Of a stretch of 64,000 nucleotides of DNA, positions 54,201 through 64,000 are shown piece after piece. The DNA is from Neocallimastix sp. 'constans' (lineage: Eukaryota), in NCBI GenBank assembly GCA_050613775.1, contig JBODTK010000010.1:620001-684000 (forward strand). Reading direction: 5' to 3'. The notes under the pieces are model-generated. The model made no database searches. It saw nothing but the letters and a program-made list of their open reading frames with translations, and was not told where the DNA came from. A program made the position numbers and the translations under genes. The number at the start of each line of letters is the position of its first letter. The first letter of the stretch is position 1.

Positions 54201-55169
54201 TATTGGAATCATATGATTAAAGATATCAAAAGAATTGTTAGTAATTGTGAAAAATGCCAGTTAAATCGTCCTCAACCATATCCAGAACCAACCGAAAACC
54301 ATCCAACTAAAGTGGAGGGTCCCTTTGTGCATTTAGGATTAGATATTATAGGACCGTTACCAAAAACAAGAAATAATAATCAATATATTATAGTAACTGT
54401 TGATTACTTTACCAAATGGGTTGAAGCCGAACCCACTGAAAACATAACTTCCTCTGATATAATTAAATTTTTAATAAACGTTTTTGCAAGACATGGTGTA
54501 CCTCAAGTTATTACTACTGATAATGGAGTCCAATTCACTTCTGATATGACTAAAATCTTTCTTGATCTTTATGATGTATATGTTAAATTTGTAGCTACTT
54601 ACCACCCTGAATCAAATGGCCTTACTGAAAATCGAAATAAAGAAATTGGAAAATTACTCCGTTTATTAGGAAGGAAAAATCAAGATTGGGATGAAGTTTT
54701 ACCTTCTGCTTTATGGGCACTTCGAACTACCAAAAATACAGCTACTGGACATTCTAGTTTTGAATTAGTATATGGAAGAGAAGACCAACAGCCTTATGAT
54801 ATAGCCATAAGAACAATTGAAAATGCAGGTAAATCATATGATGAAATCTTAATGGAAAAATTTGTTCGTCATTATCAATGGACTAGAGAAGCATGCGAAA
54901 ATGTGAAGAATGCTAACAAGTATTGGGCAACAAGACGAGAAGAACAAATAAGTATGAAAAAAGGAAAAGAATTAAAGGCTGGTGATCTTGTTCTTGTTAG
55001 AAACTTTAGCCGCACTAAGCTAGAACCATATTACAATGGACCATTTAAAATTTTAAAAATTCAATTCAACACGGCAACCCTAATCGATCAGAAGACTGGA
55101 AAGCAACTCGATAGGAATGTTCACTTTAAAAATTTAGTAAAGTTTAACTCCGCTTACAGAGAAGCTTGA
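51159..55169 (+). CDS. Gypsy G1 Pol (PR-RT-RNase H-IN), probably expressed as a Gag-Pol fusion
   Basis: The frame is open from 51159. Protease LIDSCS, RT FIDD, RNase H TDAS, integrase H..GH..CEKC, LDIIGP/TDNG/NGLTE, C-terminal GPF motif. No chromodomain visible. Confidence 0.95.
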   Translation, partial: FKLLNGSRSTPNDKTIASLNNLQNNTFTKNTPIDNNSFNKESEESDFSDTTESEDNIIINAIKRKMNDNNSEKEENNSKKVHKSLKDNPRPFATPALRKKKENELHNKPNKVYKNQILPSILTQPNINKEKQKEKELRKITRVRESKEENNNYSSKGKEKVESEDILVIDNEIEDLEMNKDNQQNKTNTLEKLISTKTKETNNGNTQLVKRNIKMMNNKEPYNIMDDLNNLKSSITIGQLLNACPKIRSQLTQGLKLEKSKIIGTVDNVIARTLLVNNYDHSYISKSNEVAEEDLAMVDASVDGVLGKLLIDSCSNLSIVTKQYFDKLPGEYETVGKSRGRIQLATQDEEYSEGIIVRLPVKINNYEFNADFRIIEKEDSFYDMLINFKTQIDHCLFIHPTLNSLCKLLSESEYEEIAKINNQYYDEESIICTIRKVKETNNEKEIIKELTPMEFIESDEFLSTLNKDYKEQIIKILKEMIDIVATSTEELTPSKLSPHKIRLKANSKPVKLRSYRLTKLKSDILKEELTKLIKKGLIEPSCSEWSSPVVLILKHNGKWRLCIDYRKVNDMTEKDSYSVPYIDEIFDSLGGAKIFTTLDLFSGFHQILMDEESVEVTTFTTKFGNYQFKVMPFGLTGAPSTFQREMNKILFPFIGEFVYVFIDDVLIYSKSIEEHLIHIKQVLEVFKENKLKINIEKCHFLQTEVDVLGHKLTTKGLSPMESKITAIKKWEAPSSIHELRSFLGAVGYYRDFIPKYAQITSPLCKLLKKNTKYEWNKEQQESFELLKEKLINAPILKFPSFDKPFIIRTDASYNGIGGVLLQKEEETGKEHPIHFISRSLKKAEKNYGITDLEGTALFYCMTKFKSYIEGNPLPTTIYTDHKPLVGLFKNKEPLNARQTRWCLTASMLGINIKYESGKKNVLADALSRMKSKEERKILLTKITDGNNEELLSKVIKEFINEKFTVIDGEDYFIDNGNYRKLITDENERFKLILEAHNIGHEGYYKTYQRLKKNFYWNHMIKDIKRIVSNCEKCQLNRPQPYPEPTENHPTKVEGPFVHLGLDIIGPLPKTRNNNQYIIVTVDYFTKWVEAEPTENITSSDIIKFLINVFARHGVPQVITTDNGVQFTSDMTKIFLDLYDVYVKFVATYHPESNGLTENRNKEIGKLLRLLGRKNQDWDEVLPSALWALRTTKNTATGHSSFELVYGREDQQPYDIAIRTIENAGKSYDEILMEKFVRHYQWTREACENVKNANKYWATRREEQISMKKGKELKAGDLVLVRNFSRTKLEPYYNGPFKILKIQFNTATLIDQKTGKQLDRNVHFKNLVKFNSAYREA

Positions 55170-55683
55170 GTCTTCGTCGGGGCATCTTGATAAGAATGTA
55201 CTAAATAATGCATTCTTAATTAAATCTACGATTTATTTCTAATACATTATGTGTACATTATTATTTTTGTACTTTAATAAATTTTTAAATCCAAAGATCA
55301 AAAATTAAATCAAAAATTATATTAAACTTTATATTTTTATATTAAATCTTATATTAATAGTAATATTTTTATATATTTAAAACTTATATTAGCAATATTA
55401 ATAATAAATCTTATTTTTTTTATATTAATAATGAAAATTTATATTAATAATATTTTTATATATTGATAATTAAAAATTTATATATTATATTTTAACTTTT
55501 TATTATAAAATTTTATATCGAAATGTTTTATTTTATATTGAAAAATATTTTATTTTATTAAAAACCTTTATATTAGAATAGTATTTTTATTTTTATTTGA
55601 ATATTTTAACAGATTGTAATAAAAATTATAGCCAATTAAATAAATTCTTATTAGTAATATTTTAGATATTTTTAAATAAATAA

Positions 55684-55735
<52 letters not shown>

Positions 55736-56038
55736 TTTTATTAATATTATAAATGTATTTTATTTATATTGTTATAATTAAATTTTATATAATTAATTAT
55801 AAAAATCAATTTAAATTTAATAGTTTTTTAAAAAAAAAAATAAATAAAATGTAATTTAGTGGCAAGAACAACTTTTATGCCTTGAAAAAAAGTATAAATA
55901 GTTGTAAATTTTGCTACTAATTTTTAAATATCATCAAATAAAATCAAATAAATTTATAAATAAAAATAATAAATAAATAAATAAAATTTGTGTTTCCTTA
56001 CTTTATTTTTATTTAATTCTCTAAAACCTTAACAACTC

Positions 56039-58329
56039 TGATACGTGACCACTATAAATATGATATTTAGGTAGATTCTTTAGGTTAAAGAAATACTTAA
56101 ATATTATTGGTCAATAATAATTTTATAATAATATATATAATTTTAGAATAATAATTATTAAACGGAGAATTCTTTTATTTATAAGTTTATACTTATGATA
56201 AATTAATTCATATAAATAGCTATTTTATATTTTATTTTAGTATAGTTAAAAAGAGATATTATATATATTTGAGATAATTAATTATAATATTTATATAAGA
56301 GAGTAATAATAATAATTTATGTAATAATTAATAATTAATAATAAATAAAGAGAACATTAAAAAGATATATTTATTACTTTATTTTATATTATTGTATGTG
56401 TTATTTCTAATTAATATTAGAATATATTATTTTGTCATAATTCCTTATTGTCATTGCCCATAAATAAATATTAATTTAGATACATAAATAAAATACCGTA
56501 TCAAATTTGGTGGAGAATCCGGGCGTGACAATAGCAAAATAATATGAAAATAATATTAATAAAATAATACATCTACATAATAAATATATAATAAATATTA
56601 TTTAGTATATATATAAAAAGAATTTAATTAGTTTAAATTAGTTATTAATAATTATAATAGTAATAGTTATAATAATATTAAATTGAATTAGAAAATTGTA
56701 ATAAAAAATATATATAAGAATAAATAAAATTTTTAAAGATGAATGTTTTTAAGATATTAAGTACGTTACCATTATTAGAAAATTATAATAATGATATCAA
56801 TAAATGGATAGAAGAATTAACCGAGTCATTTGAATTATGGGATATAAAAGAACAAGAAAGAAGATTTATTTTATGTAAAGAATGTGTAAATAAAGAAATT
56901 AGGTATGTTCTTGATGAATTAAAGGAAGAAAAGAATCAGGTTCCTAGCTTAAAAGAAATAAAAATAGCCTTAGAAGAATATCTAGAAATAACACCAAGCG
57001 TGAAATATTGGAACTTAATTAATTTGAAAATTAATTCAAATGAATCAATTAGTAATTTTAATTATAAATACTTAAGAAAATATAATGATATTGATAATAA
57101 TATAAAGAAATTAATTACTGTTAATAATTATGTTAATTCAATTAAGTCTAGAATATATCCTTGTTTAAGAATATTAGAAGAAGAAATCGAAGATATAAAC
57201 GAAGCTCTCAAGTATGCAGAAAAAGTTGAAAGAATTGAAAAGAAATTAAATTTAAATTTAAATAATATTTATAAGAATAATAATCAAAAATGGAATAATA
57301 ATAATTTCAAAATGAATAAATTAAATAGTAATATAAACAATAAGAATAATAAAATTATGTGCTTTAGATGCTATGAGTTAGGTCATAAAGCTGTTAATTG
57401 TAGACACACATTTAAAGAATTAGCGGAATTAGAAAGAACTGGAATTTTGGAAATAAATAAAAGAAGAAATTTTATACCTGGAATCCATAATAATTATAAT
57501 TATAAATTTAATTTATATGATAGAAATAAAAACTATAATAATTATTATCGTAGAAATTATAATTTAAATAGTAATATTACTGAAAATTATCATAATATGA
57601 CTAGTTTTGGTAAAAAGCATAATGTGAATAGAGAAATTTATAGAAATAATTATAATTTAAATAATAATTTTGGTAATAATAATTATAATAATTTAAATAA
57701 TTATCTATATAAAAGTAATTATGATTTAAATAAAAATTTTGGTACCAATAACAATAACAGTAATTTAAATGAGAATATAAATAAAATAAAATGTAGAATC
57801 AGCAATAATCAGGGTATAAATTATAATAAGCAAGGAAATAAAGATGTTAATATTGGAAATGAAATTAATTTCAACAATAATTTAAATACTAATTGTGTAG
57901 AAAATACGTTTAATTCAAATATAAATAATATTCAGGATAATATAATTGGAAATAATATAAATAAAAACAATAATGGATATAGTAGAAACATAAATTCATT
58001 AGGAAATAATAATAGTTTTAATAATAACAATACTAATAACAATACTAATTATACAAATAACGAAAATAAAAATGTTAATAATGTTATTGAAATAAATTAT
58101 AATAAAAACAATAATAACAATAATAACAGTAATAATAATAATAATCATAAAAAAAAAAAAAAAAAAAATAACAATAGAAAAAAAAATAAATAAATAAATA
58201 ATTTAATTATGATGAAGTATTAATAAATAAATAATTATATATATATAACAATAATTTAAATTAAATTAATTCGAAATTTCAAGATTTCGAATTTCAAAAA
58301 TTAAAATAATCATTAATTCAAAAATTTAA

Positions 58330-58370
<41 letters not shown>

Positions 58371-58935
58371 CCAATAATTAAATTTTAATAAACAAAAAAA
58401 AAAAAAAAAAATTTTATTATATTATTATTGAGACTTCAGGGGACGAAGTCTAATTTAAGTGGGGGCGTCTTGATACGTGACCACTATAAATATGATATTT
58501 AGGTAGATTCTTTAGGTTAAAGAAATACTTAAATATTATTGGTCAATAATAATTTTATAATAATATATATAATTTTAGAATAATAATTATTAAACGGAGA
58601 ATTCTTTTATTTATAAGTTTATACTTATGATAAATTAATTCATATAAATAGCTATTTTATATTTTATTTTAGTATAGTTAAAAAGAGATATTATATATAT
58701 TTGAGATAATTAATTATAATATTTATATAAGAGAGTAATAATAATAATTTATGTAATAATTAATAATTAATAATAAATAAAGAGAACATTAAAAAGATAT
58801 ATTTATTACTTTATTTTATATTATTGTATGTGTTATTTCTAATTAATATTAGAATATATTATTTTGTCATAATTCCTTATTGTCATTGCCCATAAATAAA
58901 TATTAATTTAGATACATAAATAAAATACCGTATCA
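56039..58935 (+). mobile_element. Non-autonomous gag-only Gypsy-type element G2; LTRs 56039-56503 and 58471-58935 (465 bp); TSD ACTC
   Basis: TGATACG..CGTATCA LTRs, identical by eye. PBS TGGTGGAGAATCCGGGC (56508-56524, tRNA-Ala type) and GGGGGCGTCT before the 3' LTR. No pol. Confidence 0.93.
56739..58193 (+). CDS. G2 Gag-like protein with CCHC knuckle and Asn-rich tail
   Basis: Aligns by eye with G1 Gag (DINKW/DIKSW, NESISNFNYKY/NEKIKDFNVRY, AEKVERI/AEKVDRL); CFRCYELGHKAVNC. Confidence 0.88.
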   Translation: MNVFKILSTLPLLENYNNDINKWIEELTESFELWDIKEQERRFILCKECVNKEIRYVLDELKEEKNQVPSLKEIKIALEEYLEITPSVKYWNLINLKINSNESISNFNYKYLRKYNDIDNNIKKLITVNNYVNSIKSRIYPCLRILEEEIEDINEALKYAEKVERIEKKLNLNLNNIYKNNNQKWNNNNFKMNKLNSNINNKNNKIMCFRCYELGHKAVNCRHTFKELAELERTGILEINKRRNFIPGIHNNYNYKFNLYDRNKNYNNYYRRNYNLNSNITENYHNMTSFGKKHNVNREIYRNNYNLNNNFGNNNYNNLNNYLYKSNYDLNKNFGTNNNNSNLNENINKIKCRISNNQGINYNKQGNKDVNIGNEINFNNNLNTNCVENTFNSNINNIQDNIIGNNINKNNNGYSRNINSLGNNNSFNNNNTNNNTNYTNNENKNVNNVIEINYNKNNNNNNNSNNNNNHKKKKKKNNNRKKNK

Positions 58936-58989
58936 ACTCTGGTAAAGAATGAATTAATAACCTTTATTTTATTATTAATAATTCTTTAC

Positions 58990-60561
58990 TGTCAAAGTTT
59001 TTAGATAATTTGGTCTTAACGATTAGGTCAAGATGCCAAATTATAGTAATTTATTAATAATTAAATTTTATTCTTATTTAAAACATATTGTTATTAGTAA
59101 ATTTTATAATTAAGTTTTTATCTAAAATATAAATTTTATTTAATCTTAATAATATTTTATTACATTATTATTTTATATAATTATTACTATAATTTAAATT
59201 ACAATAATCCTACAAAGGATTAATCAAAGAATTTAAACATGTATTTATATAAAATAATTAATTATTAAAATATTAATTATTAATATGAATATGTAAATAA
59301 TATTAATATAAGTTTGATATTGATAATATAAAGTTAGATAATAATATAAATATTTAATATAAATAAAATATAAGAATTAAATATTGCTAAATATTATAAT
59401 TTATAATTAAAATATAATATGTAGAAATTAATTTAATATGACAATCACGTGTTTACATTATTTAATATATATTAAATTCAATATGTTAATAATATTTAGT
59501 AATTAGTTGGCCTAGACTAATTCCTAAATATTTTAATAAAGTTAATTTAATAATAATTATTATATTATTATTATTTATTAATATTGAAATTCAAATAACT
59601 GAATTATCGAAATTGAAATTGAATTGAAATTCAGTTATTATCTTAACAATGCCCTTCCACAAAAATCGGATTCCAGACGATTTGTGTAACATTGTTAAAA
59701 AAAATTTTGTTAAGTTATTAAAAAAAAATTTTTTAATTTTTTAAAGTTAATTAGGAATTAAAAGGTCACTTGAATCTTTAGGAGAAGACCTTTTAAGTGA
59801 CAATTTCATGAAATTTGAAATTTGTCAAAATTTGTTAAAATTAAAATTTTATTATAAAATTCAATGTTTTTAAATATGATGGTACCAACATTATTATATA
59901 TTTCCTTGTAAAATTTTGAAATTGAAATTTTGAAATTTAATTGAAATTAACATTTCAATTTTTACCATTAACTTTGAAATTATTGAAAATTTTAAAAATA
60001 TAGTAAATAATAAATATATTAAAACTTAAAATTACTATTAAATAGTTGAATACATAATTTTTATTAAATTTTGAAATTTCGTAATGTGAAATTTTTAAAT
60101 GTCGAAATTTGAAATTATAAAATTTATAATTTCTATTTTTCTAAATTTTGAAATTGTAATTGAAAATTTATCAATTTAACTATTGAATATATCATAATAT
60201 TCAATTTAGTTTATTATTAACGATAATAATTATGTAAGCGTCCTTATCATAATTATTTTATTATCAAAGAATATTATAGAGAAAAGCGTCCTTTTCAATA
60301 TAATATTAAACAAATTTTGATTGATCTATTTGGAAATGTTGAAAATGTTAAGATTATAAATTATACTTTATTATTAAATTTTAACTAGTATTAATTTAAT
60401 AACTATATAAATCTTAAAATTTTAATTATAGCTCTTGTAGAGAATATTAATTAAATGTAAAAGAAGGGAAAAGTTGATTGTTTTCAACTGTTTAATTATA
60501 ATATAATTAAGGTTTTTGATTTTAAAGAATAATTATTAATCCCAAATATTGATTCCTACTG

Positions 60562-60629
<68 letters not shown>

Positions 60630-60682
60630 GAATTGTTTTTGTATTTATTGTAATTAAATATATAATTTTATTAAATATAACT

Positions 60683-60726
<44 letters not shown>

Positions 60727-62363
60727 CATTATAAAAAAAACAATATAACTGTAAAGATTTGGATATTTAAATTAAAGAAATAGAAATTTTAGTTTGATAT
60801 AATTATTTATCATAGAATACAAAAAATGTAAATTATAATTGAATATATCTTTAGTGCAGTATTAATTAAAATAGTAAGTCAATTCTTTGAACTGAATGAA
60901 TTTTTTATTCCCATTACTGGTGGGGAAAAATCAGATTCATGTGAATTTGCTCTTATTCCTCTTTTAATTTGAAAAAAAATAAATATTAATTTTTGAAAAG
61001 AAAATACTGCAACTAATAGATTTGGATTGAATTTATTATATGTATTTTTATTATATGATTTCTTTAATTTTAATTTTGGTTTAGTTTTCATTTTATTATT
61101 TCCACTAACTTTATTAGACTTTATTTTTTCTTTTTTGTGATTGCTACCTTTAATTGTATTTGATTCTTCGTTAGAGTCATTTTTACTGTGTCTTGTAGTT
61201 TCTTCGTAGGATTCCTTGTCAGGAAGTTCAGATTTTGTGATGAGATTTATGTCATTTTTATTAATTAATTCATTATTATTTTTATTAATGTTGTTTTCAT
61301 TAATATTAGCTTCTTTCTGTCTTTTATTAGAAATTTCTTCTTTTAAAAATATCATGGACTTATCAACCTGTTCAAAATTAGAAATGTTCTGATTAATTTG
61401 TAATATTAATCTTTCAATTTGATATAAAGCTAACTTAGCACTTCTGAAGTCTATTGATCCGTTTAGCATTGATTTTGTTACAACAACTTTCTGAGAGTAG
61501 ACGACCTGTTTTGCTTTGTTCATCTCTGATATCTTCGATTTTATTTCCTTCTTCATCTTGTGAATAAATTCATTATATTCTTCAATTGTAACAAATTCTT
61601 CTTTTGGTAGCTTTAATATATTATTACTTGTTAATGATATATTAGGATCGGATCTAATTGTTGTGGACATCTTGAGGTAATCGATAGATTATTGGTAGGA
61701 TTATTGTCAAAGTTTTTAGATAATTTGGTCTTAACGATTAGGTCAAGATGCCAAATTATAGTAATTTATTAATAATTAAATTTTATTCTTATTTAAAACA
61801 TATTGTTATTAGTAAATTTTATAATTAAGTTTTTATCTAAAATATAAATTTTATTTAATCTTAATAATATTTTATTACATTATTATTTTATATAATTATT
61901 ACTATAATTTAAATTACAATAATCCTACAAAGGATTAATCAAAGAATTTAAACATGTATTTATATAAAATAATTAATTATTAAAATATTAATTATTAATA
62001 TGAATATGTAAATAATATTAATATAAGTTTGATATTGATAATATAAAGTTAGATAATAATATAAATATTTAATATAAATAAAATATAAGAATTAAATATT
62101 GCTAAATATTATAATTTATAATTAAAATATAATATGTAGAAATTAATTTAATATGACAATCACGTGTTTACATTATTTAATATATATTAAATTCAATATG
62201 TTAATAATATTTAGTAATTAGTTGGCCTAGACTAATTCCTAAATATTTTAATAAAGTTAATTTAATAATAATTATTATATTATTATTATTTATTAATATT
62301 GAAATTCAAATAACTGAATTATCGAAATTGAAATTGAATTGAAATTCAGTTATTATCTTAACA
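58990..62363 (-). mobile_element. Non-autonomous LTR element nested in G3; LTRs 58990-59648 and 61705-62363 (659 bp); TSD TTTAC
   Basis: TG..CA direct repeats. TTTAC at 58985-58989 and 62364-62368. Purine tract GTGGAAGGGCAT on - before the 3' LTR. No RT. Confidence 0.93.
60879..61670 (-). CDS. Coiled-coil-like, Lys/Asn-rich ORF of the nested LTR element (function unknown)
   Basis: ATG about 35 nt after the 5' LTR, 263 aa. No recognisable Gag knuckle or enzyme motifs. Confidence 0.6.
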   Translation of the reverse strand: MSTTIRSDPNISLTSNNILKLPKEEFVTIEEYNEFIHKMKKEIKSKISEMNKAKQVVYSQKVVVTKSMLNGSIDFRSAKLALYQIERLILQINQNISNFEQVDKSMIFLKEEISNKRQKEANINENNINKNNNELINKNDINLITKSELPDKESYEETTRHSKNDSNEESNTIKGSNHKKEKIKSNKVSGNNKMKTKPKLKLKKSYNKNTYNKFNPNLLVAVFSFQKLIFIFFQIKRGIRANSHESDFSPPVMGIKNSFSSKN

Positions 62364-63349
62364 TTTACTAAATTGTACTTTCCTATATTCTTCATAACCT
62401 AAACCTCATTGTAAATTTAATTTATTTTGATATAAATTAATTTTAATTTGTAAATAATGTAAATAAATTTTAATTAATCACTTTATTGTTATATTATTAA
62501 ATATATGTATATATTAAAATACAATTGTAAATATTAAAATTATACTTTTAAGATACTAAATTATTAAAACTATTAATTAAATATTATTATAAAAATTATT
62601 ATAAAATTATTAAAATTATTAATTAAATATTATTCTAAAAATTATTATAAATTATTAATATTATAAAATTATTAAAATTATTAAATATTATTATAAAAAT
62701 TTATATATTATAACTATTAAATATTATTATAAAATTATTAAGATTATTAATTAAATTTATTATTAAAAATTATTATTAAAAATTTTACTTATTATAAAAA
62801 TTATTATTTAAATATTATCAAATTTATTAATTAAATATTATAAAAATTTTATTTTATTTTGAAAATAATTACAAGTATTATTTAAAATAATTAAAGATTA
62901 TTAAATTTATTATATTAATCTTTAAAAACAATTTATTTAACTTAAAAATATCAAAGAAAATAGTAAAAACTATTTTCTATATATTTATTTTATAATTATT
63001 TTTAATTAAATTATATTTGAATATTATATTATTATATTTATAAAAATTAAAACAAAAATGAATTATTGATATAAAATTAATTCAATAATTCTATAAAATT
63101 ACTTAAATTATAAACAATTAATTATACTTTAAATTTATAAAAAAATATAAATATTGTAACAATTTCTTAAAAAAAATTAAATATGTGTACTTTAAATAAA
63201 AAGTTTTATATTAATAAAAAAAAAATAAATAAATAACTTTTAAAAAAAGAATTTTTTTTTTTTTTTATTTAAAATCAAAGCAGGGTAATACCCGTCCCCC
63301 CCTGCTTGATTTTAAATATCTAAGTGTCAACCCCGAGTCTACCAACTCT

Positions 63350-64000
63350 TGTTACGATACAAATAATAAATAAAAAATAAATAAAAAATTAAATAAACTA
63401 TTAAGATTAATTAATAAATAAATAAGAATAAATACTAAAGTATTAAAATATATAATAAGGAAATTAAATAATGTATAAATAATTAAATTATTTAAAATAA
63501 TGTATTAATTGTATTTATTTAATATTGTAATAGTAAACAATTAGATATTTTATTATAAATAATTAAAATTATATTTATTATTATTTTATATTTTTATTAT
63601 AAAATTTTTATTATACTTTATTATATTTTTATTATTATCTTATATTAAATATTATATTAAAATTATATTTTATTATATTTTATTATTATAAAATTATTAT
63701 ATTTTTGTTATTATATTTTTATTATATTTTATATTTTTATTTTTATTTTTACTCCAATCAAATAAATGTTTTAATGATATAAAAAGAACAAAGTAAAACA
63801 ATACTTTAGTTCTTCCTCTTCTTTCAACTTTATTTTTATATTTTTCTTTTAATTTTTCAAGAATGAAATAGTAAATATTTAGTATTAGTATTAATAAATA
63901 ATTAAATAAATAATTATATAAAATTAAATTGTTCTCTAGTTTAATTGATTAGTTTTGTTTTTGTGTTTTATTATAGTTAAAGATAAAAATAATTTTGGTT
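63350..64000. mobile_element. Probable start of a fourth LTR-type insertion (G4), running off the window
   Basis: After ACTC+T the expected L1 remainder ATAATTCGTTACA is replaced by TGTTACG.. and unrelated AT-rich sequence. Confidence 0.55.

Larger units (their letters stand above)
47886..56034 (+). mobile_element. Full-length Ty3/Gypsy retrotransposon G1; LTRs 47886-48731 and 55188-56034; TSD ACTC
   Basis: TG..CA LTRs of 846 and 847 bp that differ by eye only in one A-run. ACTC at 47882-47885 and 56035-56038. PBS, GGGGCATCT before the 3' LTR, and intact gag and pol. Confidence 0.97.
58940..63344. mobile_element. Element G3, probable solo LTR (~1026 bp after removing the nested insert); TSD ACTC
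   Basis: TGGTA...TACCA termini. ACTC at 58936-58939 and 63345-63348. No second copy in the window to confirm it is an LTR. Confidence 0.75.

Overview
Extremely AT-rich eukaryotic DNA with long homopolymers and microsatellites. This composition, one spliceosomal intron and the TE content suggest an anaerobic gut fungus (Neocallimastigomycota), which is an inference only. Host genes are sparse: one two-exon Ecl1-like Cys-motif gene (8752-9512, -) and a tandemly duplicated intronless 208-aa gene that looks bacterial. There is also a decayed 28S rRNA fragment and a ~100-bp bacterial-like histidine-phosphatase fragment that keeps a Shine-Dalgarno motif. From 19.7 kb on, the window is mostly nested mobile DNA: three Mutator-like (MULE) elements, two MULE MITEs, an intact Ty1/Copia, an intact Ty3/Gypsy and several non-autonomous or solo LTR elements. 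The main observation is an LTR family (46435-46953 and an inverted copy from 47380) that carries a tRNA-like Pol III promoter (A box and B box at tRNA spacing). In the inverted copy, three different LTR elements, and probably a fourth, are stacked at the predicted Pol III start site, each separated by the same 4-bp TSD (ACTC). This looks like a mobile landing pad for Ty3-style Pol III-targeted integration, with insertions possibly in chronological order. Three reverse-transcription priming modes are also visible: tRNA-Ala 3' end, tRNA-Lys half-molecule and Tf1-like self-priming. All coordinates were read by eye and no searches were run.
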